From Vulcanimicrobiota bacterium (lineage in GTDB: Bacteria > Vulcanimicrobiota > Vulcanimicrobiia > Vulcanimicrobiales > Vulcanimicrobiaceae): DNA of 64,000 nt. Shown piece after piece: positions 30,288 through 42,268 of the stretch (positions within the stretch are counted from its first letter, which is position 1; each line of letters starts with the position of its first letter). The DNA is taken from NCBI GenBank assembly GCA_963777315.1, contig CAVZQC010000004.1, positions 256,001 through 320,000 of the forward strand, given 5' to 3'. The position numbers and the translations under genes were made by a program. Below the pieces are notes generated by a model, which did not search any database, was not told the origin of the DNA, and worked only from the letters and a program-made list of their open reading frames with translations.

Positions 30288-33144
30288 GTGGCTGTTTCTA
30301 CGGGCTCGATGCTTGAGATTCGGCGCGATGCGCTTTTGGACCGGGTCGAGCGCGTGCGGCCGAAGATCACCGCTCTCATCGCGCCGGCGGGATTCGGAAA
30401 ATCTACCCTGGCTCGCCAGCTCATTGCAGGCAGGGCGGCTGCAGTCTGCGACGCCGAAGGCGTAACGGACGAACTCGACCTGGCTCGCCGGCTCGTGCCG
30501 GCCCTAGCCGTGGAAAGCCCAATCCGCACCCATACGCTGACCCAGCGCGAACTGATGCTCGGGGACGGCGGCACCAGCGTAGCTCAGCGCGTGAACTTGG
30601 CGCTCGAGGCTTGGAAAGCCCCGACGGACGACACGATGTTCGTGTTCGAAAACGTCGAGCACATCGGACGCAGTCCGGCGGCGCGGGACTTTTTCGCGCG
30701 TCTGCTCACCCAGCGCGGTGAAGGTCGCGCCATCGTCATTTGCTCGCGAGAGAATTTGCGCGTGCACCTCACGCGCTTTGCGTCGCCGCACGAGATCCTC
30801 ACGCTGCGCGCGGAACATTTAGCCTTCGATCGGTCTGAATTGGGCCGCCTCTTTCCGACGCGCGACGGCGAACCGAATTTTTTGCCGCGCATCATGCGCC
30901 TGTCGCAAGGGTGGCCGATTGCCGTCTTTTTGCTCAAGCGCTTTGCAAGTGAAGGGCGCATCGACGAGCTGCTCGAGAGTTTGGACGACGTCGCGTTCGA
31001 CGAACTGCACGATTATCTGGCCGATCAGGTACTGGCTTCGCTCGATCCCGAACTGGTGAACGCACTGTTTGCCTGCGCCTGCATACCGCACGCGACCATG
31101 GCGGATTTGCAGGCGGCGATTCCGACCGGCGCGGCAGTCCGCGACCTTGCCGCGTTCGCGCGCGAGTCGCCGTTTTTGACGCGAACGAACGCAGGCGAAT
31201 TCGTGCTGCATCCTCTTCTGGCGGCGCTGCTCGTCGAGCACCGCGAAGAGCAGCGCGACGAACTGGTTGCACGCACGGCGCAGGTGCACGAAGACGCGGG
31301 CCGCTACCAGCGCGCGTCGGAACTGCATTTGACGCGCGGCGATGCCGCCGCGGCGGCGCACGCGCTGGGCCAGCACGAAGTCATCCGCGACCCCGCACCG
31401 TCGATGGAATACGCACGGGTGCTGTCTTCGCTGGATCGCTCTTTGGTGCAGCGCTATCCGCGCCTGTGGGCGGTCACCGCGCTGCTGCGCATATTCTGCG
31501 TCGACACCGAGGAACTGCTCGACGAAGCAGAGTCGCTGTGGCGCACGCTCTCACCGGACGCTTCGCCCACCGAGCGATACTACATTCTGGTCTTTCGCGT
31601 ACTGTTCATGAGCTACATCGGCCTGCTGGAAGAAGCGGTCGACGTTCTGGAACGTTTCAGCGCCGAGCAGGGCGTGGGCGAGCGGCCCAAAGATCACTTT
31701 GAAGGATATTTGTTCTATTTGCTGGGCCTCATGCGCGGGCGTCTGGGACTCATTTCGCAGGCGGAGCGCGATTTGACGCTGGCATTGCCGCTGATCGGCG
31801 GCATGGACGTCATGACCTCCGGTACGCTGCTCGCGCTGGGCACCGACGTCGCGCGGGTACGCGGCGAATACGCGATTGCGCGCCAATTCGTCGACCGCGC
31901 CCTGGAGTCGGCGCGTCGATCGGGTTTGTACAATTTCGTGGCGTTCGATCTGGCGGAAGCGGCCCTGGGCGCGTGGCTGGCGTCCGACGACGCGGCGCTT
32001 TCGCGGTACGCCGTCGAGCTCGATGAAGCGGTGCATCGCAACGGGGTTCGCGGCTTGAGCTGATTTTGCGTCGGTCCTGCGCGGACGCACTGAAACGCCC
32101 GCCGACGCCGATTTGCTCAAATGGGTGGCATGCGGGCGCATCATCGAAGCCGCGAACGCCGCCGATTCGCTGCACGCGGTGCGCTACGCTCAGGCCGCGG
32201 TCTCGGCGGCACGCCAGTACGGCGCGCCGTTCATCGAATGTTTGGCCGTCATCGCGCTGGCGACGTTCGATACGATGCGGTTCGAAGACCATATGCGCAT
32301 CGCAATCAACTTGGCCGAGCGGTGCGATTCACCGCAGCTCGTGTCGGCAGTCTACGCCGTCGCGGACAAGCGCGCCGAGCGCGGCATGCTGTCGCCCTTC
32401 ATGCAGCGGCTCGAACGCCGGCGAGAAGAGCGAGTGCCGGTTCTCGAGGTGCAACTCGCCGGCGGCGAGGTGCGCAGTGCGGGCCAGCCGGTTTCGCTTT
32501 CGGAGCGCGAATTTGCGCTGCTGGTCGCGCTGGCGCTCAGACGGGAAGTCGTGCCCCGCTCGCGGCTGGCGGATCTGCTGTGGCCCGAGCTGGACGACTA
32601 CGCGGCGCGCAACGCGCTCAGCGTTTGCCTGCACCGTTTGCGCCATCACCTGGGCAACGATGCGGCAATCGTCCGCAGCAGGGAGGGATATGCTCTGCAC
32701 GACGACGTCAGCGTCGATCTTTGGGAGATCGATCGCGCCGTTGCCGGACTGCGTTCCCGCCCCGCGCTTTCCGACGGCGAGCGGCGCATTCTGACGGGCA
32801 TGCATGAAAAACTGCGGGCGCGAAGGCCCGACCGGATGCTGCAGTGGGAGTGGTTTGAGGCGACGGACCGGCACTTGAACGAACTGCGTTTGGAAGTCGC
32901 CGGCCGCCTTGGCAAGGACGCGCTCAGCCACGGCGATCCGCACCGTGCGCTCGAGCTCGCGCGCGAGATGATCGGATACGATGCCTGCGATGAATCGGCT
33001 CGCCAGATCGCGATCACCGCACATCTGGCCGTCGGCGACCGCGGCGCGGCGCTGCGCCAGTACCGCCAGTACCGCGACATTTTGGCTTCGGAACTGCAGG
33101 TCGAACCGTCCAGCGAGATCAAGCATCTGGTGGGTTTGCCGTGA
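30288..33144 (+). CDS. MalT-like AAA/TPR regulator with C-terminal winged-helix and BTAD domain, split by a frameshift near 32062
   Basis: APAGFGKS, SQGWP, DYLADQV; the second ORF has SRLADLLWPE..NALSVCLHRLR and DACDE..ALRQY..LASELQVEPS. Confidence 0.85.
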
Positions 33145-33710
33145 TCGGTCTGCTGCTGTCGGCACTGCTGCACTACGACGTGCTGATTTCCGCCGGGCAC
33201 GAGGGCCGCCCGCAAAGTTGCTCGAGTTTTCCCAAGCATCACTGCAACTTGGGCGCGCCGGGCGAACGGGAATGGACGCCCATCGTTGCGGATGCGGCGA
33301 CGAACGTTTTACGCGGACGCGGTTACTCGGTGGCGCGCGAGCCGGCGGATTTCGCCGGCACCTACGACGTCGGAGCGGCGATCTTCATCCACTTCGACGG
33401 CATCGCCGTTCCCTGCACGAGCCGGGCGTCGATAGGCTATCACACGCAGGCTTCCAAGGCTGCCGCCGACCTGTGGCGAGCTGAATACGGCGCGGTGTTT
33501 CCGTTCGGTTTCCAGCCCGACAATTTCACGCGCAATTTGCGCGACTACTACGGACTTCGCCAAGTGCACGCACGGGACGGCGCGCTGGTGCTCGAACTTG
33601 GCGAAATCACGTGCCCCGCGCAAAAGCGATGGCTCGCGTCGCGATTGCAGTGGGAAGGCGAGTTCATCGCCGACTTCGTCACGCAGCTTCTGCAGCACGC
33701 CGTGAAGTAA
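33141..33710 (+). CDS. N-acetylmuramoyl-L-alanine amidase-like protein (Amidase_3)
   Basis: ISAGHEG, E in GEREW, IFIHFDG, LVLELGEI match the zinc-ligand pattern; short hydrophobic N-terminus. Confidence 0.7.
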   Translation: MIGLLLSALLHYDVLISAGHEGRPQSCSSFPKHHCNLGAPGEREWTPIVADAATNVLRGRGYSVAREPADFAGTYDVGAAIFIHFDGIAVPCTSRASIGYHTQASKAAADLWRAEYGAVFPFGFQPDNFTRNLRDYYGLRQVHARDGALVLELGEITCPAQKRWLASRLQWEGEFIADFVTQLLQHAVK

Positions 33711-33740
33711 ATCGGCGTCCGGCGCCTAACAAGGCGCCTT

Positions 33741-36700
33741 ATGCGTGGGATGTTTGCGTTATGTGTCGCGGCGCTGGCGTTGTGTGCGGCCGCGCCGTCT
33801 TCCGATCCCTTTGCGCAACTGCGCTTTCGCAACGTCGGACCGCAAGTGTCGGGTGGACGGCTGGGCGCGGTTGCGGGAACGGATGCCGATTCCTCGCTGT
33901 ATTATGCAGGCGCGGCGGGCGGGGGCGTATGGAAGACGACGGATGCCGGACAGCAATGGGTGCCGGTATTCGACAAGCAGGACGTGCAGTCGATCGGATC
34001 GATCGCCATCGACCCGTCAAACTCGAACGTCGTATGGGTAGGCAGCGGCGAAGGCGCGCCGCGCAACGACGTAATCCAAGGCGACGGCGTCTATCGAACG
34101 GCCGACGGCGGCAAGGCTTGGCACCGTGTGCTGGCACTGCGCAACGCGCTGGTTGCACGCATCTTGATCGATCCGCGAGATTCGAGCACGGTGCTCGTCG
34201 GCGTGCTCGGCGATCCGTTTGCCGATTCGACCGAGCGAGGCGTGTACCGCACGTCGGACGGCGGCCGGACGTGGAGCAAAACGCTGTACCTTACACCGCG
34301 CACCGGCGTTTCCGACATGGATTCGCTGCCTGCGCAGCCCGGTGTAGTATACGCGGGGATGTGGGATTACCGGCGCACCGGCTGGAGCTCGGACAGCGGC
34401 GGACGAAGCGGCGGATTGTTCAAGTCCTTCGATTTCGGCGCGACGTGGCAACGGCTGAGCGGCAACGGCTTGCCGGGCGCACCGACCGGGCGCATCGGCA
34501 TCGCGATCGCGCCCTCCAATCCACAGCGCGTCTACGCGCTGATCGAATCGAAGCAGGGCTTGCTCTGGAGAAGCGACGACGGGGGACGCAGACTGGCGCG
34601 CGATCAGCGACAACACGCTGATCGACGAGCGGCCGTTTTATTACACTCACGTGTTCGTCGATCCCACGGATCAGAATCACCTGTGGGCCCTGTCGGTCAA
34701 CATCGCCGTCAGCTCGGACGGCGGTAAAACCTGGCGCGTCGGAGCGCACGGCGTTCACGGCGACAATCACGGTATGTGGATTTCGCGGGATGCCAAACGG
34801 ATCATCGAGGCGAATGACGGCGGTCCGTCGTTTTCGTTCGACGATGGCGCGAGTTGGGCCATGCCGCATAATCTTCCGATCGCGCAGCTGTACCACATCG
34901 GGTACGATCGGCAGCGTCCCTATCACGTCTGCGCGCCGCTGCAGGACAACGGCGTGTGGTGCGCGCCCAACGATGGGCTGGACGACTCGGGAATCAGCTC
35001 CTCGCAATGGCGCAGCATGGGCGGCGGTGACGGCACCTGGGTAATGCCGGATCCGAGTGACGCCCACATCGTTTGGTTCAGCAGCGGCGGCGGTAACGCG
35101 CAAGGCGAGCTCGCCTATGTCGACCTGCGCTCCGGCGCAGTGGCGTACGTGCAGCCGTATCTGCGCGACCAGAACGTGGTCGATCCGAAAGTCTTGGCGT
35201 ACCGGTTCAACTGGGAAGAGCCGTTTGCGTTCGATCCGTTCGATCCCCACCATGTATGGGTCGGGGGAAACGTCCTGTTTTCCACGATCGATCGCGGCAA
35301 GCACTGGCGCGTGGTGAGCGGCGACCTCACCCGAAACCTCAAAGCGCATCAAGTGATCACGGGCGGCATCACGCTTGACGGCACGGGTGCCGAAACGTCG
35401 GACACGATCTTGTACATCGAGCCCTCGAAGATCCGTCGCGGACAGATATGGGTCGGCACCGACGATGGTGTGCTGCAGCTGACGCGCGACGGCGGCGTAC
35501 ATTGGCACGATGTGACGCCGTACGGCGTGCGGCACGCCGGCGCAACGGCAAGCTACGGGCGTTTCTCGGGCGTGTCGGCATCCCCGCACGATCCCGCAAC
35601 CGCCTATGCCGTCTACGACGCGCACATGGTCGGCGATCCGGCGCCGCACGTGTACGTTACGCACGACTACGGCGCGCGCTGGAGCGACGTGTCGCGCGGG
35701 TTGCCCGGGCAAATGCCCGCGCGCACCGTGCGAATCGACCCCCGCAATCCGCAGCTGGTGTACGTGGGCCTGGACAACGGGCTGTGGGCTTCCTTCGACG
35801 CGGGTGAGCACTGGCGCAATCTGGCGCTCAACCTTCCGGCGGTTGCGGTTCGCGATATCGCCGTGCAGCCCGACACCGGCGATTTGCTCCTGGCCACACA
35901 CGGCCGTGCCGTCTATATTCTGGACGATGCTACGCCGCTGGAGAAATACGCCGACGTCATGCTCAGTCCGGCGAATCTGCGCGATCGCATTTTTCCGATC
36001 CGGCCGGCGTATCAATGGAATCTGCACCAATTTTACGGGACGCCCGTGGACGGAGCGGGGCCGCCGTACGGCGCGCTCGTGACGTTCTATTTGGACGGCG
36101 CGCGCAACGGTCTGAGCGCGCACATCGTCGACGCGCGCGGACGTTCGGTGCGCACCTTCACGGCAAAGGAACTGGGCGGCCATAGCGGTTTCAACAGGCT
36201 CGCGTGGGATACGACCGAGGACAAACCGGTCGACTGGAAATTCACGCCCGCCTGGAATCAAGGCGTGAGCGCGGGCGCGCCGGTAGTGCCGGGCGTCTAT
36301 ACGTTCGTGCTGCAAGCCGGTGCGGAAACGTTGCGCGCGCCGATAACGGTTCGGCAGGATCCGCGCACGCATTTCACGCAGGCGCAGCTGCGCAGCGGTT
36401 ATGAATCGATGCACCAGCTGCTCTCGGACTTCGGACGGGTGAATTCAGCGCTCAACGTGCTTTCAACCGTGCTGAACGAAGCGCCGCTGCGGGCAGCGCA
36501 ACTCGGCGCCCGCAGTCAGGGCGGTCTGGCGTTGCGCGTGGCCAAGGCCGCCGCGCAGGCCAAACTGCTGCTGCTGAGCATTACGCAAAACCCGGTTAAC
36601 GATCAGGACAACGATTTTCTGACCGACGTCTTGCGCGAGCGACTGCAAGCCGAGCTTGGGTACGCAGGCGGCAACTTGGGCCCGCTATCGCAGGGCGCAC

Positions 36701-36870
36701 ATTCGCAGATGGTGCAGCTGCACGCCCTTACCGACCGGCGGATGCGCGCCGTTCAAGCCTTCGAGGCCGGGCCGTTGCGCGATGTCGACGCCGGCTTGGC
36801 GGGACTAAAAATGCCGGCCCTGACGACGCTGACCAAACGGCCCGTCATGTATAATCCGGGCGGTACGTAA
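33741..36870 (+). CDS. Secreted VPS10/BNR-repeat beta-propeller protein (glycosyl-hydrolase-like), frameshift near 34592
   Basis: Signal peptide, FRNVGP..GGR, repeated S/TxDGGxTW Asp-boxes, HGDNH, RFNW, LATHGR. Confidence 0.88.
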
Positions 36871-36874
36871 GCCG

Positions 36875-37174
36875 CTACGCGGCTGCGCCGGTCGGCGCAT
36901 GCGCCAGACCCAGCTTGTCGAGGCGCACGCGAATACCGTTGGGCGTGCGCCCGAACAGTACGGCGAGATCCTCGACGGCATTGCCGCTGTCGAAAAGCCG
37001 CCGCAGCTCTTCGTCGTCGGCGCCGTTCCACGGTTTGCCGGCGTTGGGATGGGTTTCGCGCACTTTGGCGTAGGGACTAGGCCGCTTTTCGGCTACGCGC
37101 TGGAGTTCGGCCAGCAGGTCTTCCAAACGGCTGCACAAGCCGTCGATCTTCACGATCGTTTCGTCGATGTTCAT
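36875..37174 (-). CDS. Small protein with a Myb/SANT-like HTH
   Basis: NAGKPWNGADDEELRRLF..GRTPNGIRVRLDKLG; AAGGGTG RBS-like sequence upstream. Confidence 0.7.
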   Translation of the reverse strand: MNIDETIVKIDGLCSRLEDLLAELQRVAEKRPSPYAKVRETHPNAGKPWNGADDEELRRLFDSGNAVEDLAVLFGRTPNGIRVRLDKLGLAHAPTGAAA

Positions 37175-37222
37175 CGTTCACACCCTTTCTTCTGACAAAC
37201 GACGTGGCGGCAGCGTAAGGGT

Positions 37223-39457
37223 TCAGTGTGACAGCTGGGTGGCTCGATAATGAAAACCCAATCTCGGCGGTTGCGCGAAAGCCGGATCGCCGCATTGCCA
37301 GAGCAAGAACGAGTACTCGTCGGTGAGCAGCTGTTCGTTTTGGGTCCGCGAGCCGGCCAGGAAGCCGTGACCGGCGTCGTAATCGACGCGCAGAAGTATC
37401 GGCCGTCCGCTGGTGGTGGCCCGCTGCAGCGCAATCGTCATCTTGGCGAGCTCCCATGACGAAACGCGCGGATCGTTGTAGCCGGTAACCAGCATCACCG
37501 CCGGATACGGCGTTCCGTTCACGACGTGGTGATACGCGTCCATCTCGCGTAATGCGCGGAAGCCCGCCGCGTCTTTCACGGTTCCGAATTCGGGAACGTT
37601 GGGCGGCCCGTTGGGCGTGAACTCCGAGCGCAGTGCATTGCTCACGCCCACCACGTCGAGCGCCGCGGCAAACAGATCGGGCCGTGAAGTAATCGCGCGG
37701 CCGATCGTAATGCCGCCCGCGCTGGTCCCTTCGCCGGCGAGATGCTGCTTTGCGGTGTACCTGTGCTGCACCAGATATTCACCGCACGCGATAAAGTCTT
37801 CCCAAGTGTGATTCTTGGTGGCGATCATGCCGGCCCGGTGCCAGCTTTCGCCGTACCAGCCGCCTCCCCGGGGATGGCAAACGGCAAAGACGCCGCCGCG
37901 TTCGAGCCAGGCAATCCGGGTTGCGCTAAAACCGGGCTCAAGAGTAATGCCGTAGGCCCCGTAACCTTCCAAATACGCCGGATGCGAACCGTCCAAGCGC
38001 AGACCTTTGCGATGCACGATCGACAGCGGAACCATGGTTCCATCCGCGCTTGGTGCCTGCACTTCGTCCGAGGTATACGCGGACGTGTCGACCGAAGAGC
38101 GGCTCTTCAAACCCGTGTCGGTGACGGCGCCGTTCGGATCCGCGAAATAATACTGCAGCGACTGCGTCCAGCCGGTCAACGCGAACACCGCGCCGCCGAC
38201 GCGCGGATCGGTGGCCATCAGCGGGATCGACCCTTGGAAGGGCAGCGTGACGGACGAGGCCGCCCCGGGAGCGCCGTCTTGCGCGAGCGCGATCTTGCGA
38301 ATGCGTCCGAAACCGCCTTCGCGCGAGTGCACGTACAAACCGTCGGCGGCAACGCCGATCCGCTGCACGACTTCTTTGCCTGCGGGCACGACGACGCGCG
38401 CAGCGGCGAGATCGGGCGCAGAAAGCGATGTGGCGATCACTTTGAACGTCGGGGCGTCGCGATGCGTGAGCAGAAAAATCGTGTCGCCTTTGACGTCGAA
38501 GCCCGTGACGTCGTCGGCGTCGCCGGCGATCTTTTTCCATGCCGTCCGCGCTGAAGTGAGCGCATCGGAGTTCACGTCGTAAATGTCGAGTTCATTTTTC
38601 ACGCCGTGGAGGATCAGGCCGAGCGTGTAGTGCGATGCCGGCGAGTACGCGACGATGGGAAAATCCGTCAATGCGAAGTGCATGGCGGGATCGACCCCGT
38701 AGCCGAAGACTGCCGGGTCCTCGTCCGGGTTGCGTCCCAGGACGTGCAGGTAATTTACCGCACGCGTCTCCTTCATCGTCGCCGGTTCACCCGGCGCGAG
38801 CTTGGGGAAGCGAACGTAATAAAACGATTTTCCGTCCGGCAGCCAGGACGTTACGCCGACGAAATACGCGCGTTCGATCGTATCGGGCAGCACTTTGCCC
38901 GTTGCGGTTTCGACGACGCGAATGACGGCGTTTTCCGAACCGCCCTCCGAGATGCCGTACGCAACGTGCGACCCGTCCAGCGAGGGAGAGAAGTAGTTGA
39001 TCGTATAGTGTTTGCCTGCGCTTGCGAGGCTATTGGGATCCACCAGCACCCGCTCGGCTCCGCCGTCCCGGCGCCGCACGTAGAGTTTGGGCGTGTTTTC
39101 GCCCGGTTTGAGCTTTTGATAGAAGTAGTATGGTCCGTCTATCGTTACGCCTGAGACAGTTTCGCCGGCGTTGTCGAGCTGTTTGATGCGCCCAAACAAC
39201 CGTTCCCGGGGCGCTCCGAGCAGAGCAAGGACCTTGCGCGCGTACGCGTTTTGCGTTTTGAAAAAGCGCTGCACAACCGGATCGCTCATGTCTTCGAAGT
39301 ACCGGTACGGATCGGTAACCGCCGTTCCGAAATACGTGTCGGTGACGGGTTTGGGTGCCGGCAGCGGCGGGGGAACCGGGATGGTGCGCGTCGCGGCGCC
39401 GGTTAGTCCGGCCGCGAGCACGACGGTGAAAAGAAGGCAAACCAAACGCAGGCGCAC
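37223..39457 (-). CDS. Secreted prolyl oligopeptidase (S9A)
   Basis: GTG 39457 with AAGGAG RBS; signal peptide; DPYRYFED, GYGAYG, RGGG, catalytic GTSAGG, DPRV, AGHG. Confidence 0.93.
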   Translation of the reverse strand: MRLRLVCLLFTVVLAAGLTGAATRTIPVPPPLPAPKPVTDTYFGTAVTDPYRYFEDMSDPVVQRFFKTQNAYARKVLALLGAPRERLFGRIKQLDNAGETVSGVTIDGPYYFYQKLKPGENTPKLYVRRRDGGAERVLVDPNSLASAGKHYTINYFSPSLDGSHVAYGISEGGSENAVIRVVETATGKVLPDTIERAYFVGVTSWLPDGKSFYYVRFPKLAPGEPATMKETRAVNYLHVLGRNPDEDPAVFGYGVDPAMHFALTDFPIVAYSPASHYTLGLILHGVKNELDIYDVNSDALTSARTAWKKIAGDADDVTGFDVKGDTIFLLTHRDAPTFKVIATSLSAPDLAAARVVVPAGKEVVQRIGVAADGLYVHSREGGFGRIRKIALAQDGAPGAASSVTLPFQGSIPLMATDPRVGGAVFALTGWTQSLQYYFADPNGAVTDTGLKSRSSVDTSAYTSDEVQAPSADGTMVPLSIVHRKGLRLDGSHPAYLEGYGAYGITLEPGFSATRIAWLERGGVFAVCHPRGGGWYGESWHRAGMIATKNHTWEDFIACGEYLVQHRYTAKQHLAGEGTSAGGITIGRAITSRPDLFAAALDVVGVSNALRSEFTPNGPPNVPEFGTVKDAAGFRALREMDAYHHVVNGTPYPAVMLVTGYNDPRVSSWELAKMTIALQRATTSGRPILLRVDYDAGHGFLAGSRTQNEQLLTDEYSFLLWQCGDPAFAQPPRLGFHYRATQLSH

Positions 39458-39558
39458 GGCGTATCTCCTTGAGGCGGGCTTCCATATTACAGTCCCTTTA
39501 CGTCCGCCTCCTTGCGCCAAGAGGAGGCTCCTGCGCGTAAGCCTAAAGGCCCATAGCA

Positions 39559-42201
39559 ATGATCCGGCCCGTTGCCGCGGATGGGCGAATCGAAACCGGA
39601 GGCCCATTCACCCCTGTCGTCCGCGCGCGCGTCGTGGACCGCATTTCGTCCGCTGCTTCGCAGCGGATCGCCTTGATCGTTGCCCCCGCGGGTTACGGCA
39701 AATCGGTTGCGCTGCGTCAATACCTGCAAACCGTGGACGGTCCGCACGTGCGTTACGACGTGCGAACCGATCATTCCACGCTGCTGGGTTTCGTGCGCGG
39801 ACTGGCCGACGCGCTGCTGGAGGCCGCACCCGACGCGCGCAAGACCGTTTCGGGCGCTTATGAGAAAAGCCGATCCTCCAAATCGCCGGGCACGGATCTG
39901 GCAATGTGGATGCACGCGCACATCAAGACGTTCACGGGTCTGATCGCCATCGACGATCTGCACGTTGCCGAAAACGATCCCGAGATTTCCAAATTTTTGG
40001 TTTCGCTGATCGAGCGCACTAAAGGGCGCGCGCGCTGGATCATCGCGACTCGGTCGTCCTTGGACTTGCCGGTCGGCTCGTGGCTGGCGTACGGCGACAT
40101 GGATCTGAACATCGACGAGCAAGACCTGCGGTTCACGGTCGACGAGGCGCGCCAAACGGCCAAGGCCTCGCGAGTCGGGGTTCGCGATGAAGAGCTGGCC
40201 GAAATTCTGTCGATGACGGAAGGCTGGCCCACCGCACTCAGCTTCGCGTTGCGGACCTCGACGCGTTCGGTCGATCTGCGAAACATAGCGGCCAGCACGC
40301 GCGAGATGGTGTACCGGTATCTCGCCGAGCAGGTGTACCGCATGCTCGAACAAGACGAGCGCGAGCTGCTGCACTTTATCGCGTATTTGCCCGAAGTCGA
40401 CTTGGAAGTGCTGCGCCGCGCCGGCTACGAAAAAGCCAAGGCCGTCATCGAGGAACTGCGCGACCGCGTCGCCTTTATCTATCCCGACCGGCCCGACGTG
40501 TACCGCTGCCACGATCTGTTTCGGGATTTTCTGCAGCACCAAGTGGAGCTCGAAGGCGACGCCGTCGCCGAACGGATGCAGCGGCGCGTGGCTCAAGCGC
40601 TTGAATCCGCAGGACGCCTTCCCGAGGCGCTGTCCGTCTATACCAAAGCGCGGGCCAACGACGAGATCGTGCGGCTCCTGGAGCTGTACGGCTTCGACCT
40701 GATGGAATACGCGCACGGCGACATCGTGCAAGCGTCGATTGAAGTACTGCCGAAGGAAGTGCGCGCGGTCGATCCGATAGTTTTGGCATTGCGTGCCTCG
40801 AGCGCGCTCAATGCGGGTCGGCTGGATGCTGCCGAATCGCTGTTCGACCGCGCTTTGGAACGGTCCGGCGATTCGATTCTCAGAGCGAAGATAGCGCTTT
40901 CCTTGGCGCTCCTATTGATCAACCAGGGCCGAGACATCATTTCCCTTTTGCAAAGCGTTCGCGATGAGGCACTGCCCAAGGACCTTCTCGGCGAAATCGT
41001 GAGCCTGATGGCGGTAGGATATGCGTACAACGAGCTGCCGGACGACGCCAAACTTGCGATGGCGGAGGCTGAAAGGTTCGTGGCGGAAGTCCAGGCCGAC
41101 GAAGTAAGAGCGAAGATTCTTCAGCGGATCGGCGTGACGGCGTTGAACCTGCAGATGCCGCTGGAAACTATTCTGAACATGCTTACACGAGCCAGCACGC
41201 TCGCGACCGAAAACGCAATGTACGGACTAGCGAGCCGCTCGCTGAACTTCTTGGCAAACGCCATCGAGCTTTACGAAGACAAGGACGACACGGCGAGAAC
41301 CGTATGGTACGCCCAGCAATCCGTGACTGCAGCGATGAAGGCCGGCGATCGCATGAGTTTGCAGAGCGCGCTGCTTCAGCTGGTTCACATCGAAACGAGG
41401 CGCGGTAACCTCGAACGACTGCTCGCGCTCGAGTCGCAGTACATCGCGACCTCGACGACCGATGCTGCCCGTATGGGGTACATCATGCCGGCCAAAGCCG
41501 CAATTGCGGCGTGGGACGGGCGTTTCGACGAAGCGCATCGGATCATTTCGACGGTCGCAGTGAGCAGTCACTATGATTTCGACCGCGCGTTCGACGACGC
41601 GGTGCAGGCACTGTACTTGGTAGCCGATGGCCAACGCCAGCGCGCTCTGGATCTCTCGACGCGGACGCTCGCGCAACTGCAGAATTCGAGCTTTCGATAC
41701 ACCTATGGTAAGCGCATGGGCGACATGGGGCGAATGGTGTGCGCGATCGTTGAAGCTTTGGCCGGCCGGACCACTAATGCCAAACGGATCTTACAGCGCA
41801 AGCCCGAGGACGCATCTCCGTTTGCCGGCGCTCTCCACGAGGTTGCCCTGGCGTGTACGCGAGCGATTGGTACTCCGACGCTGCGGGACGATGCGAAGGA
41901 AGCGTTGGACCAGTTATCGGCGGTCGGCTACGGGGGAATCAGCCGGACCATCGAAAAGGCGCTGGAACGTTGCCTGAAGTCCGAGGGTGCGGTCTCAGGC
42001 GTCTCCTTGACCACAGCGGAGAGCGAAGTGCTCAAGGCGCTCGCCGACGGCAAGAGTCCAAAGGACATTGCCCTTGAAACCGGCCGCAGCGTGTATACGA
42101 TTCAAGCCCACGTGCAGAACCTCATTAAGAAGTTAGGTTGCAGTGGGCGTAATGAGGCTCTGAAGGTGGCTCGTAAGAAGGGCCTAGTGAACTTTAATTA
42201 G
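39559..42201 (+). CDS. MalT-like AAA/TPR LuxR-family transcriptional regulator
   Basis: APAGYGKS, IAIDDLH, TEGWP, YRCHDLFRDFL; C-terminal LTTAESEVLKALADGKSPKDIALETGRSVYTIQAHV. Confidence 0.92.
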   Translation: MIRPVAADGRIETGGPFTPVVRARVVDRISSAASQRIALIVAPAGYGKSVALRQYLQTVDGPHVRYDVRTDHSTLLGFVRGLADALLEAAPDARKTVSGAYEKSRSSKSPGTDLAMWMHAHIKTFTGLIAIDDLHVAENDPEISKFLVSLIERTKGRARWIIATRSSLDLPVGSWLAYGDMDLNIDEQDLRFTVDEARQTAKASRVGVRDEELAEILSMTEGWPTALSFALRTSTRSVDLRNIAASTREMVYRYLAEQVYRMLEQDERELLHFIAYLPEVDLEVLRRAGYEKAKAVIEELRDRVAFIYPDRPDVYRCHDLFRDFLQHQVELEGDAVAERMQRRVAQALESAGRLPEALSVYTKARANDEIVRLLELYGFDLMEYAHGDIVQASIEVLPKEVRAVDPIVLALRASSALNAGRLDAAESLFDRALERSGDSILRAKIALSLALLLINQGRDIISLLQSVRDEALPKDLLGEIVSLMAVGYAYNELPDDAKLAMAEAERFVAEVQADEVRAKILQRIGVTALNLQMPLETILNMLTRASTLATENAMYGLASRSLNFLANAIELYEDKDDTARTVWYAQQSVTAAMKAGDRMSLQSALLQLVHIETRRGNLERLLALESQYIATSTTDAARMGYIMPAKAAIAAWDGRFDEAHRIISTVAVSSHYDFDRAFDDAVQALYLVADGQRQRALDLSTRTLAQLQNSSFRYTYGKRMGDMGRMVCAIVEALAGRTTNAKRILQRKPEDASPFAGALHEVALACTRAIGTPTLRDDAKEALDQLSAVGYGGISRTIEKALERCLKSEGAVSGVSLTTAESEVLKALADGKSPKDIALETGRSVYTIQAHVQNLIKKLGCSGRNEALKVARKKGLVNFN

Positions 42202-42268
42202 GTACACCCACGCCGCGAGGCTGTATTCTTAAGGAGAAGCTACTCTTATATAGGAGCGAATTCGCAAC

